From Octopus vulgaris (lineage: Eukaryota), in assembly GCA_951406725.2 (NCBI GenBank), contig OX597816.1:122264001-122328000 (forward strand): DNA of 64,000 bases, written 5' to 3'. Under the pieces are notes generated by a model. It saw nothing but the letters and a program-made list of their open reading frames with translations. It did no database searches and was not told where the DNA came from. The translations under genes and the position numbers were made by a program. The first letter of the stretch is position 1. Every line of letters begins with the position of its first letter. This document shows, one piece after another, positions 13,326-27,806 of this stretch.

Positions 13326-16300
13326 CATATCTGACCATATTAACTTCATCAATCCCTTTCTAGATATCATTTTCTGCTTCACACACTCAGCGAAAACAAC
13401 TTCTTGGAACACAATTTCTTTCTCCATTATCACCAGAACTCAACCACATACTATCAATGAATAAAATGATGAAGTTTAAAAGTCAAGCAGAACTAATTCT
13501 ACCTAGAGACAGAATTAAGATTCACCGAATCTAACACCGCATTCACCATTATAATTACTCCAATAAGTCTCTTACACAGAATAATTGTTAATATATCTCA
13601 ATGCAAGAAAATATAACTTCGATTGCGTAATTGATATGTAATCCTAAATCAAAATCAAGACAACCTTTAAATATGACATACTGACATTACATGCAACAGA
13701 AAAATGTAAGTCATTGTAGAAGCCTCTATGTTGCCGCTAAACTTACTACATATAGAAATAAAATCCATCCCTTTCAACCCACATTCTACCGTCTCATAAA
13801 AAGAGACGTTAGATAATGTGTATATGGATTCCTCGTAAAAAAATGGTGAGGTAGTCACTGATCATGTATGTTAGATCAGGGATAACCTGGGATGAAAGAG
13901 CATTTACCGAATATGCAAGTCAACATCAAGGAAGTAAACGGTTAAAGATAAAATATATTTAAAAAATGTAGGGAATAATAAACCCCACCTACAAAAAAAA
14001 ATCAGAAAACTGGCTAACATTTTCCTGTCATCCACAAGACATACAGCAAATCAATATGCGAGCAAAAGAAAAAAATCAACCACAAAGCATCATTGTAAAT
14101 CTCTATGCAAACATAAATCGTCACAGACGATTTCTATAAATCACCAAGAAAATAATTAGTATCAAACAGTTTTCCAAATCAGCCATCAAAATCATCACAA
14201 ACAAAACAGAAACACAAAATGTTAGTTCTGTACTTTCCGCTTCTATATTTCAGTGTTATCTCTTCTTTCTATCAGACAGATGCCAGGAAAGCCAGAGAGA
14301 GGTCCAACAAATCGAGAAACAAATAAACAAAAACATACACCCAAAACGTTCAAGCCAAAAGAAGTTATTGCACTAACCGACGTCATTATCGAATCATATC
14401 TACATTGGCAAATTTACAAAATCTGAAAACAAGCAATAAACATCACAATTTTAATGCTAAACAAAAACGCAACTGAAGCGGCTTCACACAAATTATTCAT
14501 CAATATGCCAAAAGCATCCTAAATAAAAACTAGTTTCTTCGTGACAACACTCACATTGTCTAACTCACAACAAGGCTTTAGGTCACTTCAGTAATTACCA
14601 CACAATACGTAAACCTTGTTCAAGACAACTTCAACAACAACACAAAACTCTAATCAGACACACCACATTTACTAGTAACAAGTTTTGCAAATCTTTCAGC
14701 TATTCTCCAATAGCAGATTATACAGAATCTACTAAATATCTCAAGAAACATCACAAAATACTGGCTGCAACCTCCATCTCAGGCCATGATTGCTAAGAAA
14801 CATAGAAGAATATAATTTCCCGAATAATGTGCTACATTAAGAGGTTCTACTGCTTACGCAGTCTTGCCACATAACCATATTATAGCCTCATTTGCAGCTA
14901 CAATTCAGTCACATCCTTTCTCATCTTCGGATACAGCCCAGCACAACTCCAACACTACACCAATTTCTTTGAAGTCTAGTAGTAAATTAAAAAAATGAAA
15001 AGTAGCACCTTGTAAATCCACAGTCTCCCTTCTTACCTGCAACACGAAAGCCCATCAAAAACAATCAGCCGTCGCATTCGATACAATGAAAACACTCAAT
15101 ACAAACTCAATACAAAGAAAACAAATTGAATTAAAAATTATGTATAACATACAACATTACTGCAATGACAACACATCAGACATCTGATAGATGCCCTCTC
15201 TGTGTCCAGAGGTCTGCTGCATCCTGGCTCTTCCTTCGAGCCCATTCTTTGATGGCAATAGTTCATAAACGTCTTTGACAGTCTCTTACACTCTTCCCCA
15301 ACACGCTTCTACACAGGGTGGTCTTGAACAATGGCTCGTGGCTCATTGTATGGATTTGATTCTTGGTAATAGATGTCATTGGACTTCCAACTTTTCTAGT
15401 ACTACAACATTCGTCCTGTCTTTCCTGCTTATTCTACCAACCTGCAGCATTTCAGTGGCATACATTACCACCATTGCTCTGTGCAATGTAAACATTTTTG
15501 CTCGGAGAAGACTATTAGCGTGATACATAACTAGCAGGACACATGCCGAACAACTACCTATACAATCATTTAAAAATCATCTGAAAAATTCAGGGACCAC
15601 AGCTCCTATTTCAAACTCTCATATTCCCCACATTTTCCCAATAGAAACAACAAAATTTGTATGCAAACATTGATATTATCTTATGTATTCACCAAAGGGC
15701 TCACTTGTTTGACAGGCAGACAGTTGTTTATGAGTGGCAAGATTATGTCACACTACGACTTCATTTAGAGATTGGAGAAAAACATTTTTAACGCAGTTAC
15801 GGCGTAAAAATATTTCAAAACTTTCTGAGGGTGCAGAGTTTACTAAGTGTCGCAGGTAGCCTTATACCGCGTTCAGACAGACAACCGATGCGGGAAACCT
15901 CGGGAGTCACTGTTACCACACTGTGTTTCGGGTCGTAGTTCATATTCAGTAACTATAACGGCAGCTATTTGTGAATAATAGTAAGAATAACTTAAGATGT
16001 AGGAAAACCAGTTTAAAGAAGCCTTTCATCCATTGAAAATTTGTTCAAACAGAACTGCGTGAGATAACAGTTTACAAAATAATTAAAGCAGCACAGCAGA
16101 AGCACATGGAACTTCGACGACTTTAATTATTATATTAGCAGGAAATTATCACAGCAAACAGTAATAATATCAAAAGCCTGAAATCTCCCAATAATATTGC
16201 AGAACTAAAAGCAGCAAGCAAACAAGCAAGCATCTCATATATTAGGGAAATTGTACAATGTGGACGATGAGAAAACAGCAGGAACAGCAGGTAGCAATAA

Positions 16301-18794
16301 TACAAGTGAAAATTATGAGGCTAATGGGACGTTTCTTTTGTAAATATCGAAGGAAGCTAAATTGTAAAATCATTAATTATTGAGATGATTTGTTTCTAGA
16401 TTTTCCATTATTATAGTGGCGATAGTACTAGAAATTAAGACGTCTGCTCACCTCAGTTTCAGATGACTTTCGTCTCAAACAAATTATCGACATTATTTTT
16501 CCAGACGGAGCAACTTTGGAATTGCTATAACAAAAGTAACAAAATATGGAAAAACAAAGCTAAAAAATAAAAATGTAAATTTAGATATTCAAAGAAAGAT
16601 ATAAGCAATAGAATTTTCGCAGCAAAACATTTTCTTTGTCGTAAATTCACAGATATTAAATTCTTTTTACTTTATTTCTCTGGGAAAAGGGCTTTGGATT
16701 TGCAGAATAGTTAGAGCATAGTAAAAATGTCTCTTCAGGCATTATCTCTATCGACTCTGTTACTTTATTATTTCAAATTCTGACAAAGTTAGTATTGCTC
16801 TTCCACACACCGGCTTTGATAAAATAAAGTACCAGCCAAATACTGGAGCGATGGTATCGACGTACCCACTACACAATTGCACCTAAATTTGAAACCATTA
16901 TTTCAAATTTACTCTGGAAGAAGTGATATGCCCATTGATACCTTCCGAAATCAGTAGGCAAAGTTAACACGTATAATGCTTTAATACTTGCTATTTGTAA
17001 TGCTGTTTGTTACTAGATAGTTGCAGTTGACACTGTTTGAACAGGAGATCAAATATATAGGTCCAGTATCACAAGCATTCCCATTTAAGTCTTCCAAGCT
17101 AACATCGTAACATATTGCCATAAAATTAGGGATATATAATTTATGATTGTGAATTTAAAGATTATAGCAATTTTTTTGACACGATGATGATGATTCAAAT
17201 TAGATTAACTCAGAACCAGCCGACGAATTATAGTTGCTATGCTCACTGCGTGAAATATGTTGTCACTAACATTACTATTGTTTTCCATGCTCCGTAGTAC
17301 TTCTCGGTAATTAACTTTAGTGATTTATATTTTCAAATAAGCTGTTTTGTCATGTCTACTGGCATACAATATTATTCAACTATTTAGTTATTCTTTCAAT
17401 GCTATTTCTGCCTGTACAGTGAACTCTATATTAAACAGTGAAGGTCTAATTATACCGAAACCTGTTTCAAATTTCTTCCATTATGTCCAAAATGGTTAAA
17501 ATAAATATTAATCTTTGAGTAGTATTCTTTTTCACTGTATAAGTATTTCAAATAAGATTTCTGGTGGTCGCTGCGTGAAACACTTTAACCCTGACTCGAT
17601 AGCGATCGCATATGGCCATCATGTCATTTCAAGAACATTTAGGGCTACATAATGCACATTTGTTCATTTTAAAGACATTATGATGTGACTAGGGACATTT
17701 ACATCTATTTCTAGTATTTGTTGATCTTATGGGAGTATTATATTGAAAAGTTCTCTTGCTAGACCCCGTATTGCTTATTAAAACATAATGTATTGTTACT
17801 GATTAATGATATGTTAAGAGAGAACTGATATCTATAACTTAAGCAATACGATATATTACATGAACAAATGCTGCTTAGTTGAAAAAAGAGTTTAAACACA
17901 ATATATATGAGTGAGCTGATAAACTATACGCGCGACTGTCATTAAAGTAATGACATCCATCTCTCAATGGGTAAGTGAATATCTTACAAGGTTAGATTCA
18001 CACTTGTAAAGCTATTTCAGCACTAATGATCTTCGGGTAAACACCCTCTTCCCTCCTCTAACAATTTGAGTCTCTATGCCGTTTTGTAAAAAAATCCTCA
18101 AATAACAACGCTAATATAACGTTCTCAAGAGTTAGCAACGCAGTTACTGCAAGGCATATTTCGGAAAAGATTGTACCACTTCTGATATTATTCTAATTTT
18201 ATTATAGAAGGTACACATGAAGATATTGTTTGCGCATCTAAAGAAAAAAAGATTTACTTGGAGAAGCATGTTCCTAGCTGTATACATAGGAAACATTACA
18301 GTCTTTAATTTGTTACAGCTAAATGAATATTCACGCTATCAAGGCATTAAGCCTAGCGGATTATTCATTAATTTCATACTACTGCGGTTAATGTTAATGG
18401 AATAGTTGTCAATGTTTATACTATTGAGGCTGATTATAGCTTAGAGAGCATTCGAGCAAAAGGAGATTTCGCTAATTATCATATTACTGTCCTTGCTTAT
18501 AGTGATACTGTTCCTACCCTTATGGTATCAGTGTAATGCAACTTGAGCTAGGATATTTAAGAGATAAGATTATTAACAACTGTTATATTTAACTTGCTAG
18601 TGGCATGATATGAAACATTAGTCTCTCAGTTACTCTAAAAATTGTCCAATCACACTCTACCGTGTAACGATATTAACTGGCCCAAAACGAATGATTTACA
18701 AAGTTAGTTCTTGCACGACCTACAAGCGAAATATTTTTTTCCTTTTGAACTTTTTAAAATATATATTCATGTTTATTGTTATTAACTGTGTTCT

Positions 18795-19015
18795 TAATAA
18801 TTGTTTCTGATTTAGACACAATATCAGAAATCATTTTTTAAAAGGGGTTAGTCAAATACATCGACTCCAGTACTTCACTGGTACTTTATTTTAACGACCT
18901 CGAAAAGGATGAAAGGCCAAGGTGGCCTTCGCGAGAAGTAATGGAACATAACTAGCAAGAACAAAAGATGCTCGGTACTTTTAGGACGCTCGGGCGATGT
19001 TGTCAATCTACTGCT
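18795..19015 (-). mobile_element. Degenerate SINE family 3 copy
   Basis: catcgactccagtacttcactggtactttattttaacgacctcgaaaaggatgaaaggcc. Other decayed copies at ~10860-11050, 16690-16900, 36030-36200 and 53740-53887. Confidence 0.65.
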
Positions 19016-22000
19016 CTAGCTGAACAGATTCCGTTCTCTAAAGAAGACTTGAACGCAAATATAATTTGGCATATCTCTAAGAATTTACGCACATACTTGT
19101 CTCTTAAAACTAAACCATAACTACTATTTGTAAGTTTATGCATTTTGTCAACTATTTTGACTTTTAAGCTGAATAAAAACACCTTTGGAGGAAATAGTTT
19201 ATTGATAAATTATGTGACAATGGACAGTGATGGTAGTTAAGAAGAGAGGGTAAAGAAAACTTCATAAACACTAGAATATATTGATAAAACAGAAATCGAT
19301 GCAAATTTCGATGTCGAAGAATCAGTGATTAATAACTAGCATGTTGTTTATTCCAAATGTTTTAGTTAATCCATAAATAAGGTGATACCTCTCTTTCTGC
19401 TATCTTATCTTGCTCATATGGCAAGGAATTGTCAACAGGTCACATCAATATCGATGTGTCTGAAACCATTGATCAACCTTGTGAGAAAGGTGACCTCATG
19501 ATCTTAGAATCAGAAATCAAGAAGTTCGGAAAGTGAAATTTTCATTAATTAAAGATTAATAATGTACTTGCATAACTTAATCGACTTTTGTATGCCCTGA
19601 TATAATTACTTCAAAAAGAAAAAAATAAACAAAAGCTATTGTGATGACAAAAATTTCTGTCTGATTAAGAGAGCCATTCCTTAGCAACAACATAATGATT
19701 TACCAGAAATAAATAAATTAATATGTAAAGATAAAATGAAGTATTACAGATAAATGAAATTATCTTAGAGACAATTAGATGGTGAGAGACTATACTGACT
19801 CCGATGTAAATAGAAATAAGGCGTTGTGAATAATCAAAAAATCAATATTTTCTTTTATCTGAGTTTTACCAGAAGTTTACAATTCAGTTCGTGTAAGAAT
19901 GAAACAAGTAACGAATTTCTATGGCGTTCTAAGCGTCTCGAAAATATTTTCTATACCTTAAGAAGAAAAAGACGTCTTTTCGATTTTTGTAATTGATCGA
20001 GATTTCCAGGAAAAGATTATCGAATTTAATGGCTATCGAAATTCTTCATTAGAAAGGCTAGTGATTGATACAGCATACTATTAAAATTAATAAGAATAGC
20101 TTCCTTTTCATTTTGCTAACACGAAGATGAAGGTCACTGGGATTAACTAGGATGAAATGAATACGGAAATGGAATTAACAGCTGATATGGAATGGATACA
20201 GGTAATATCAATAAAGTCAGCCTTCTCAGAATAAACATATATATGATTACATGCGATTTGACTGTGACTATCTGTCCATGTAGAACAAGTAATCTACTTT
20301 AGCCAAATAGACCGTTTCTTAAGATGTAGTGCAAAGTTTGAGGAAGATCTTCACTGCTATTTGAAACAATTTGAGTTACATCATAGAGGCACCTGCGACA
20401 GTATGTCAGAAACGTAGATGCTGTTTTTTATATATTTTTCTAATTTAGGGTAGTCCTGATTAAGCAGATTCATGATCGAAGACGTTTCAACTTTGACTAA
20501 TTTCTCTGTTCTTTTTTTTTTCAGGCATAATGTAACATGGAGTACATTTTCTAATATGTCCTTCCGTCTTATAAAAGTAGGAAGATCTGGAAGAAAATTT
20601 GGCTGTTGTTTTTAGCAAGTGTAACATCGTTGCTTTCTGACAGACCCGAGAAGTTTAATATGTTGGTGGATAGCGTAAACTGCAGTGGAGAACTAAAATT
20701 CTTGTATTCAATTACATCTCTTTTATTTTATGAAATTAAGTTCCGGTAATACTGATGTTATCATTAATCGCTAGTAGGTCGACAAAATGCGTACTAATGA
20801 TATATTGGAAGTAAAACAAGTTATACACTTCTACAAGAGAGTTTGGGTATCTTGCTAATGCAAGAAATCGATATTCATTTTAAACTGCTTCCGCATGTAG
20901 GCACAATTTACAACATTTCTGAAAAAAAATAAGGAATGATATTGAGTGATATTCCTATTTAATGTAACGGAAAAGTTATTTAATGAAGTGTGATAATTGT
21001 ACCAACGACATGGAATGAAATTACAGAGGATTTCCTGCAATCTTTTGACTTACATGCCTTGCCTTACCCAAACTAATATTTCTTTACACCTAAATAAAAT
21101 CTTATCTACATTTCTGTCATTCGATCCAGACTCAATCAACTATAATCCTTCTAGTAGTAAGAAGGAAATATATTTATATTACACCACATTAAGCGATTTC
21201 TGATACAAGACCTTCTCAACGTCTTCGGTCAGAATTTAATTTGAATTGATAGATACGCGGTATCTGGCTGGTAAACGTATTCAAATATTTGACTCCGCTT
21301 TAAGAACAATTCGCAACATTAAGTGAAAAATTACACACGTACAGACACATACACAGACACACACAGGTGCATGAGAGTGTCTATGAGTGTGTATCTGTAG
21401 GTGCATAGCACCATCGGGTATTTGGATTCACCTGGGTTAAAATTTTCACGAGGCCACAAATGGGTATAAATTCTGTTTGCATTGGTCCAATACCCAATAA
21501 ATTACTATTAAGCATCTTATCAGTCAACGACCGTCAAAACGCAAATGGGATTAATTGCTTGATTCGAATTTCTCTCGCAGAAAACTGATAATAACAAGAT
21601 AAAAAGTGTGTTGTACCTTTTTTTATCATTCCACATTCTTAATAACGGTAATAATGATTATTAAGTTAATAAGGATTTATTTTTTTTTTGTCGTAAGGTC
21701 AGCAGTTTGTAGAGTAAGAATATATAGTGAACTGAATTAATTCCAATGCATATATAGTACGCATTTTAACGTTTCTGGATGAATGGAAGGTATATCTCTT
21801 TAATCTCTGTTTAAACTGCAGAAAATAGTGAGGAACGAAATTAAGAACTATAAGGCATTTAGCCTGGAACACTACCATCTCTTTCGACATTTTTGCTATG
21901 GTTTAATAATGGTTCATTACAAAGAAGCAATGTCTCTCTGTGTCACTGTCTCAAATATATGTTTTAAAGGGAAGGTAATTTGCCTGCTATTTCTAGCTGG

Positions 22001-22433
22001 TCAAATGACAACGCTTGGCTATTTTCATTGATCAGTTTCTTTCGTCAAACATCTTGATACTCAAAAACATTATGCTTTATCAATTCATTTTTTTCTCATC
22101 AAAACATTTGAAAAAATTGTCACCACTTGTTATCTTGTTATAAACTACTTTACCTCTGAGCGGTCAGATTGGACATCCATTTGAAATGGTTCGTAACTTG
22201 CTATATTTACTTTTCGACAGTATGTTCTACTTAGCAGTAAATATGTTACTGAGCCGACCTATGGTCAAAGGTTTTCACATAACGATTTTGTTGTTTAATC
22301 AAAGAGAATAACTGTAACTATATCATTCAGTCCGCATTATGTTTAAAATACCATAATTTGAGAGCAATTTAACTGTTATTTTTAATAAGTCGTGCAACCA
22401 CTTTAATACTGCTTTGGTATTACAATATGGAAG

Positions 22434-22850
22434 GGCGGCGAGCTGGCAGAAACGTTAGCATTCCGGGCGAAATGATTAGCCGTAATTCGTCTGCCGTTAC
22501 GTTCTGAGTTGAAATTCCGCCGAGGTCGACTTTGACTTTCATCATTTCGGGGTCGATAAATTAAGTATCAGTTGCGCACTGGGGTCGATGTAATCGACTT
22601 AATCCATGTGTCGGTCCTTGTTTGTCCCCTCTGTGTTTAGCCCCTTGTGGGTAGTAAAGAAATAGGTATTTCGTCTGCCGCTACGTTTTGAGTTGAAATT
22701 CCGCCGAGGTCGACTTTGCCTTTCATCCTTTCGGGGTCGATTAAATAAGTTCCAGTTACGCACTGGGGTCGATATAATCGACTTAATCCGTTTGTCTGTT
22801 CTTGTTTGTCCTCTCTGTGTTTATCCCCTTGTGGGTAGTAAAGACATAGG
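22434..22850 (+). mobile_element. Young dimeric SINE family 3 copy with TSD
   Basis: Head ggcggcgagctggcagaaacgttagc; Meta-domain-like tttcatcctttcggggtcgataaattaagtaccag; body duplicated from ~22667; TSD ggtattacaatatgg (22416-22430) vs ggtattacagtctgg (22849-22863). Confidence 0.9.
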
Positions 22851-23249
22851 TATTACAGTCTGGTGTATTTCACAGTTCCAAACAATAGCAATGATACACC
22901 ACTAATGAACGTTGGTTAGCTAGTAATGGTGAGGTCAGTGGCCACCAAGACTTGATAAATCACGTTGCTCTCTATAAAATCAGTACTGCCAGTGATATAG
23001 ATGGAAGACGTGTCAGTTAAAATATATAGTACGTCAAGTATTTACTCAAGATGGATAACTCAAGTAATTTTTTTTTATCTCTGGAAGCAATGCAGATACC
23101 TATGAATTATGAGTAGTCATACGCTGATTCCTCAGCTCTTTCTCTCCCTCTCCGTCTACACAGAAACACACGCACACACACATACACATACACACATACA
23201 CATACATACGCACACACACACAGTATAATATGTATGTAATACATTATTA

Positions 23250-24330
23250 TAATTCCATTTCACCCGATGTTACTAATTAGTTTCGTACACGAGTTAGGAG
23301 AAAAAGAATCTCTGTAAGCTCAATGGAAGTGCAGGTTTGAAAAGTATGGTAACAGCTCTTTGTTACTGGAGGTTAAGAAGTGTCTCATTCGGTTTGGGGA
23401 TGTTGTGAGAACCAAAGCGAAAATCCAGAGGGAGAAGGAGCTCAGTGAGGAAATTTTTCCGTTACAGTTTTATTCCTTGGATTTGCATCAGTGGTATCAC
23501 GGCGTAAGGGATAGACGCTTGGAGGGTGAAGTTGTAGCTGGAGCGGGGGTGGGATGTGGCTGATGTGGGTGTAGGGGGTCAGAAAAGGTATGGATGGAGA
23601 ACGATGGTCAATCTTAAAATCGTATGTATATGTATGTATGTATTTATGCGTTCGTATGTAATAAACTAAGTGGGGGTAAACGTTGTACTAAACTCTTAAA
23701 TTAAAGTGATGGAAAGTACAAATGGTGAAAGCTCGGATATTTATATTCATGGTGCAGTCTACTCGCATCCATATACAAATCGCCGTTCATGAGGGTAGAA
23801 TCGAAAAATTTCGCTTTTGCAGTTTAGGTAGCAATCCAGTGGGGAAGAGGTTTCTGTAGTGTAATTCTTTTCTCCGTCAAGCAGATTATGTTCATCCTAC
23901 TGCAATTAGCTAGGTATTGAGATTTCGTTTCTCCTGGATATTAAATGCAAGGTAATTATTATCAGATCTGAACTGGAAAAGACTTCTGACGCGCCCATAT
24001 TTTCCCGCAAGTGCGGGGACAACCTGACAATCATTGATATCAAATGTGTCATATAAGCTACGGTCTCTGTGTAGCACTGGCCGAGGAGCGGACAAATTTC
24101 CCTCCTTGAGCTTCTACTAGGTGTTGTTTTCGCTCCAGTTTCTCATTCACAACACCCACAAATAAAATATAACACTTCCTAACCTTCAGTTGAAAATAGC
24201 AATTATGACACCCTTTATAACGACTCTTCTTCTGATGAGTGCCGAGACCGTTTTCTTTTTCTCTTGGAAACTCACGTGTGCAAAACCGATAAACAAAATC
24301 GGTTGAAATCGACCTATAATACTAGATTCT
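23250..24330. mobile_element. Old PLE-like relic with oppositely oriented terminal-repeat remnants
   Basis: Minus 23255-23335 (ttctttttctc..ctcgtgtacGAAActaattagTA..atcgggtgaaat) resembles plus 24232-24310 (CTGATGAgtgc..ttctttttctc..gtgtgcaaaacc..atcggttgaaat). A faint GIY-YIG-like KCKVIII..TGKRL remnant lies near 23945-23990. Confidence 0.4.
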
Positions 24331-24574
24331 AGATTCTATTGACCAAAATATGAGTGCCTGTCTTTTATGACACAGAGATACTAAGATGATATATACATAG
24401 ACGCATGCGCAGGTACACACACTCGCACGCGCACTCCTCCACACACATTGTCAATACAACATAGTTAAAGTATGTGTGTTACTTAAACGCCTGAAGCTAT
24501 AGTTTTTCGTGCAGAAAAAACTCCTTTCAAGAAATATAGTTTAAAATGCACACATACACCTCAACTACACACGC

Positions 24575-24896
24575 GCGTGCATGGATTAGTGGTTAGAGTA
24601 TTCGGCTCGCGATCATAGGATCGTGACTTCGATTACCGGCGGCGCGTTGTGTCGTTGAGCAAAGCACTTCATTTCAAGTTGCTCCACTCCACTCAGCTAG
24701 CAAAAATGAGTAGTAACTGTATTTTAAGGAGTCAGCCTTGTCTCACTTTCTGTCCCGCTAAATCTCTATGAGAAGTATGTGAAGGAGTACGCGTGTCTGT
24801 GGAGGGCTCAGCAACTTGCACGTTAATCTCACAAGCAAGCTGTTCCGTTGATCGGATCAACTAGAACCCTCGTCGTCGTAATTGACGGAGTGCCAG

Positions 24897-24897
<1 letters not shown>
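24575..24897 (+). mobile_element. SINE family 2 copy
   Basis: tggattagtggttagagtattcggctcgcgatc..acttcgattaccggc..; tail cgtcgtcgtaattgacggagtgcca followed by (CA)n. Confidence 0.85.
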
Positions 24898-24961
<64 letters not shown>

Positions 24962-25029
24962 CACACACACACACACATAATGTACTGATCCCTGATAGAA
25001 TATTCAACAAAAAAGTACTCCATCTCGTG

Positions 25030-25641
25030 AGAGATAAATATTATTATTTAAAGGTCACAATACATGTATTAAAGCGCTACTAATAGTTTAATATGTTAAG
25101 AGAACTCAAACACATTCTTCAGGCGCAAAGCAAATATCATAATGAACTAAAAAATTGAATAAATAGAAGAAACGTGATGAAGCTTAGAAGGCAGCATATA
25201 GAAAACAGACAGTAAACAACGGAAAATGAAACTAAAGTGTCAAAATTGCTATCCTCCTTAGGCCTTAAATGATAAGGCTGGAAAGATATCAAGGCAATCA
25301 GGAATTTTCCAGTTCTTCAGAATATATTTATAGATATGCATACCACCACTGAAAATTTCTGACCTGGAGTTCATTAGAAAGTAAGGGATCTTAGATCTGT
25401 ACAGGATATGCGCTGTTTCAGCCAAAGTCTACATGTATTCGATCTATTCACATAAGGCATGAATTTCTCATTTACTTTCTATTTAATCACATGCGGGGTT
25501 TCGTTATCTTTCAAAGTCCATACATAGCTAGCCAACTTCGTAGCTTTACTTTTGTCCCTATGTCGGAAGGAGACTATGTGATTAGCATAGCGATTTTTAA
25601 ATTTTCTTTCGCATAATCCGATATAGGTCTTCTTATCAGAA

Positions 25642-25642
<1 letters not shown>
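25030..25642 (-). mobile_element. Penelope-like element 3' end: GIY-YIG endonuclease remnant plus pLTR
   Basis: KKTYIGLCERKFKNRYANHIVSFRHRDKSKATKLASYVWTLKD..IK*K..MNSRSEIF, typical of the Penelope/Poseidon GIY-YIG C-terminus. 5' end truncated at (TA)n; HHR motif downstream. Confidence 0.88.
25074..25126 (-). ncRNA. Type I hammerhead ribozyme of the PLE pLTR, G12 mutated
   Basis: Minus strand: gcgc-CUGAAGA-auguguu..aacauau-UAAA-cuauuag-UA-gcgc. All three stems form, but GAAA reads UAAA (plus-strand a at 25090). Confidence 0.75.
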
Positions 25643-25703
<61 letters not shown>

Positions 25704-26723
25704 CAAAGAAATAACATACGTCTTTCCATTTGTTTCATTAACATGTTTAATTAGATCTTGTGGCTGAACAACAATCTATTCGACAGCTTAGAATCAGGAT
25801 TAATTCGGCTACTTTTGTAATTCACATGACTCACCAGATTTTTTTTTTTATAGTAGGGATGAGATCCTGAATGTTATAGACACACAAAACCTCATTTCAT
25901 TCCACTTTGATTATTCTTTGTGGGTTAAGCGAAGTGGAAAAGCACTAGCTGATGTTCAGAGCATTAGTTTAGATGAAGCAGAAGTTTGCAACTTCACTAT
26001 ACTCTAGTTTAATTCAAATGACACCAGTCCGATAGGCTTTAAAAATATTTCATACTTGCTCGTTTTGAAATACTATAAATGCCAATATTAGCATAATAAA
26101 ATTGTTTAGATATTATTCTGAATGTAGTTTCAGGCACTGAGAGCTCTGTTAGAAAATGTAGCAAAATTGTACAATAAATCTACAAAGGTTTTAATCAACC
26201 TTGTTACTTTGTAGAATTTATGTGGTGATTTCTGTATAACTAGCGGCGAATAGGCATTTTACTGGACCACTCAGTTTTATAATGACGTCTTAAATATTAT
26301 ATTTGTTAGTCAAGATGCAATAAATATCCAAGCAGAATACTGCTAATCATAATAATAGGAGAAAACGGAAGGTTATAAGGTGTAAGCCATAATTTTATTG
26401 CAATGACTGTATTAATATCATCAGTTCTCTCTTAATCCTAATGAGTAAACTATTTCTTACAAATGATAAGTTTCCCAAAACTTTTAATAATAATATCGTT
26501 AAAGTGTCTGCACTTACAACGATGGTTAGAATTGTGCTATCTAAGAAATATAAATTCTGTAATTTTACTGTGTCTATTGAATTCGAAATAGTAATGCTTC
26601 TCTTCAAAACCTCATCAAAAGACGTATATATTAAGAGCCTTTCTGATACCTGCTTCATAATGTCTTAGGGCTATTGTTCTGTTTTAACTTTTCGTCAGCT
26701 GCCCTTTCCCCTCTCAGCCTATA

Positions 26724-26783
<60 letters not shown>

Positions 26784-27576
26784 CTGTCTGTATATATATA
26801 TATATATATATATAACATTCCTCAAATATATGTATACGTATAAAGGTTTGTGTGTCTTTTTAATTATCAGTTTGTTAGTCAGAACAAGGAAGTATCATCA
26901 GAAGAGTGCTACAGCTTTTTATGGCCTGTCACTTAAACAATTTTGTGAATTGAAAGTAGAAACGAAATACCAATTAAAGGCTAAAGGTAGGAGTAGGCAT
27001 AGAAGAACATCACACTAACCCGATTTGTGTGTTTAAGACCTCATTGGATTGGTGCCAATTTTTACCCTTCACACAACTGAAAAAAGAGCTGAATAAAATA
27101 AATATACATGTGGTTATTCCATTGATTATACCTATTGTCTAGAACAAATAATATTTTCATTTAGTAAGGGAGATAATACTGTCAGCAATAAGGTCAAAAG
27201 CGAATTATTATAACTTCTCAGATACTCAATTAAAATAACATGTCGGAATAAAATCTCCAATTTCTCTCTAATTATATTATTGATTCACTCTGACCATAAA
27301 ATATATACTTGTTTACTAAATCTTCTTTATTGCTGTCAAGAAACAGCTGTTAAAGAAAGCTGCCATTAAATCTCGAAGCATGAAATCTCATTTGATGGCC
27401 GAGGCAAAAGCGGAATAGCTATGATTACTAGATTAGTAATAAAACATTTATTCTTTCTCTGACTCAGATAAACTCAATGACTAGAAGCTTAAGTTGGTAT
27501 TAAGGGAAACAATAGAATTTATACTATTCAGAATGTATGCATGTTTAGAGGAATGTTATATCTAACTATCTATCTA

Positions 27577-27609
<33 letters not shown>

Positions 27610-27650
27610 ATATCTATCTATTTATCCATCTATCTATATGCTTATGTTTG

Positions 27651-27681
<31 letters not shown>

Positions 27682-27752
27682 CCATATATGCGTATGTATA
27701 CACACACACACACACACACACATATATATGTATACATACTTACACATACATG

Positions 27753-27806
<54 letters not shown>

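Larger units (their letters stand above)
11400..16330 (+). mobile_element. Possible ancient I/Jockey-group LINE, fragmented and interrupted by SINEs
   Basis: Strong A/C strand bias; LPKPHPYAKCKH-like gag-knuckle remnant near 11530 and an IIVNLYA endonuclease-like motif near 14090. Too decayed to be sure. Confidence 0.3.

Noticed and set aside
15185-15520. Possible RTE 3' remnant on the minus strand
   Set aside because: Too decayed to assign confidently.
19100-20220. Possible piggyBac transposase relic
   Set aside because: Only vague motif resemblance; no TTAA-bounded TIR pair or readable catalytic motif.
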